From Felis catus (taxonomy: Eukaryota): DNA of 64,000 nucleotides. Of the stretch, positions 63,709 to 64,000 are shown one piece after another; positions within the stretch are counted from its first letter, which is position 1, and every line of letters starts with the position of its first letter. The stretch lies in contig NC_058368.1 of assembly GCF_018350175.1 (NCBI RefSeq), positions 67,520,001 through 67,584,000 of the forward strand. The letters are read 5' to 3'. The notes under the pieces were generated by a model that searched no databases, had not been told where the DNA came from, and saw only the letters and a list, made by a program, of their open reading frames with translations. The position numbers and the translations under genes were made by a program.

Positions 63709-64000
63709 TACTGCTGTTTCGGAGGCAGCTAATACATTGTTCTATGAATTCCTTTTTAACACAGCCACCTCCTACTATCCTTTAGCAATCTTTTATTCCT
63801 CACTTTCTCTTTAGGGGTAAACATACACTAGTGTTTCAGGTGTTTTGGTATCTTTCAGATACAGGCTGTGATTTAATATAACTGAGGAGTCTTCGGATGA
63901 AGTTCTAATAACAAGCTCCAAGGAGAACCACTTCTAAATTCCAGGGAAGAGGGATTGTCTCACTTTAAGCTTCCCTAGAACCACTTCTGTCACCTTCGAT

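Noticed and set aside
1..64000. Most ORFs in the six-frame track (e.g. the recurring VAQSVKHLTLAQVMISQF... and ERERER... peptides)
   Set aside because: They are translations of Can-SINEs, L1/LTR fragments or microsatellites, or chance ORFs with non-ATG starts. Only those overlapping the listed exons or L1 ORF2 reflect real coding sequence.
1..64000. CRISPR arrays, prokaryotic operons, genuine tRNA or rRNA genes
   Set aside because: The sequence is mammalian; tRNA-like A/B boxes occur only as Can-SINE heads, and I saw no regularly spaced repeat-spacer array.

Overview
Mammalian DNA from a feliform carnivore, most likely a cat (Felidae), judged by dense feline Can-SINEs (SINEC_Fc types) and carnivore L1s. 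Two ER-proteostasis genes converge tail-to-tail. On the + strand are the last three coding exons and a ~3.6-kb 3'UTR of DNAJC3 (P58IPK; J-domain with HPD motif, C-terminus ...FKFHFN*). On the - strand are the last 12 coding exons of UGGT2 (GT24 catalytic domain with DAD motif, C-terminus ...THDEL*). I translated all 15 exons by hand: each has GT-AG boundaries and the phases join without stops. Exon numbers follow human numbering, counted back from the last exon. The rest is intronic or intergenic DNA filled with L1, SINEC, MLT1/MER21/MER31 LTRs, Tigger/hAT DNA transposons, L2/MIR and microsatellites; repeat family names are recognised from memory, not by a database search. I found no clearly novel gene system. 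The best leads are a candidate unannotated in-frame 66/54-nt DNAJC3 cassette exon, a delta-4 tandem donor in UGGT2 that would create an immediate stop, inverted young SINEs bracketing UGGT2 exon blocks, a SINE-in-SINE hairpin, UPRE motifs apparently created by CpG decay in SINEs, and a tail-only retro-insertion.
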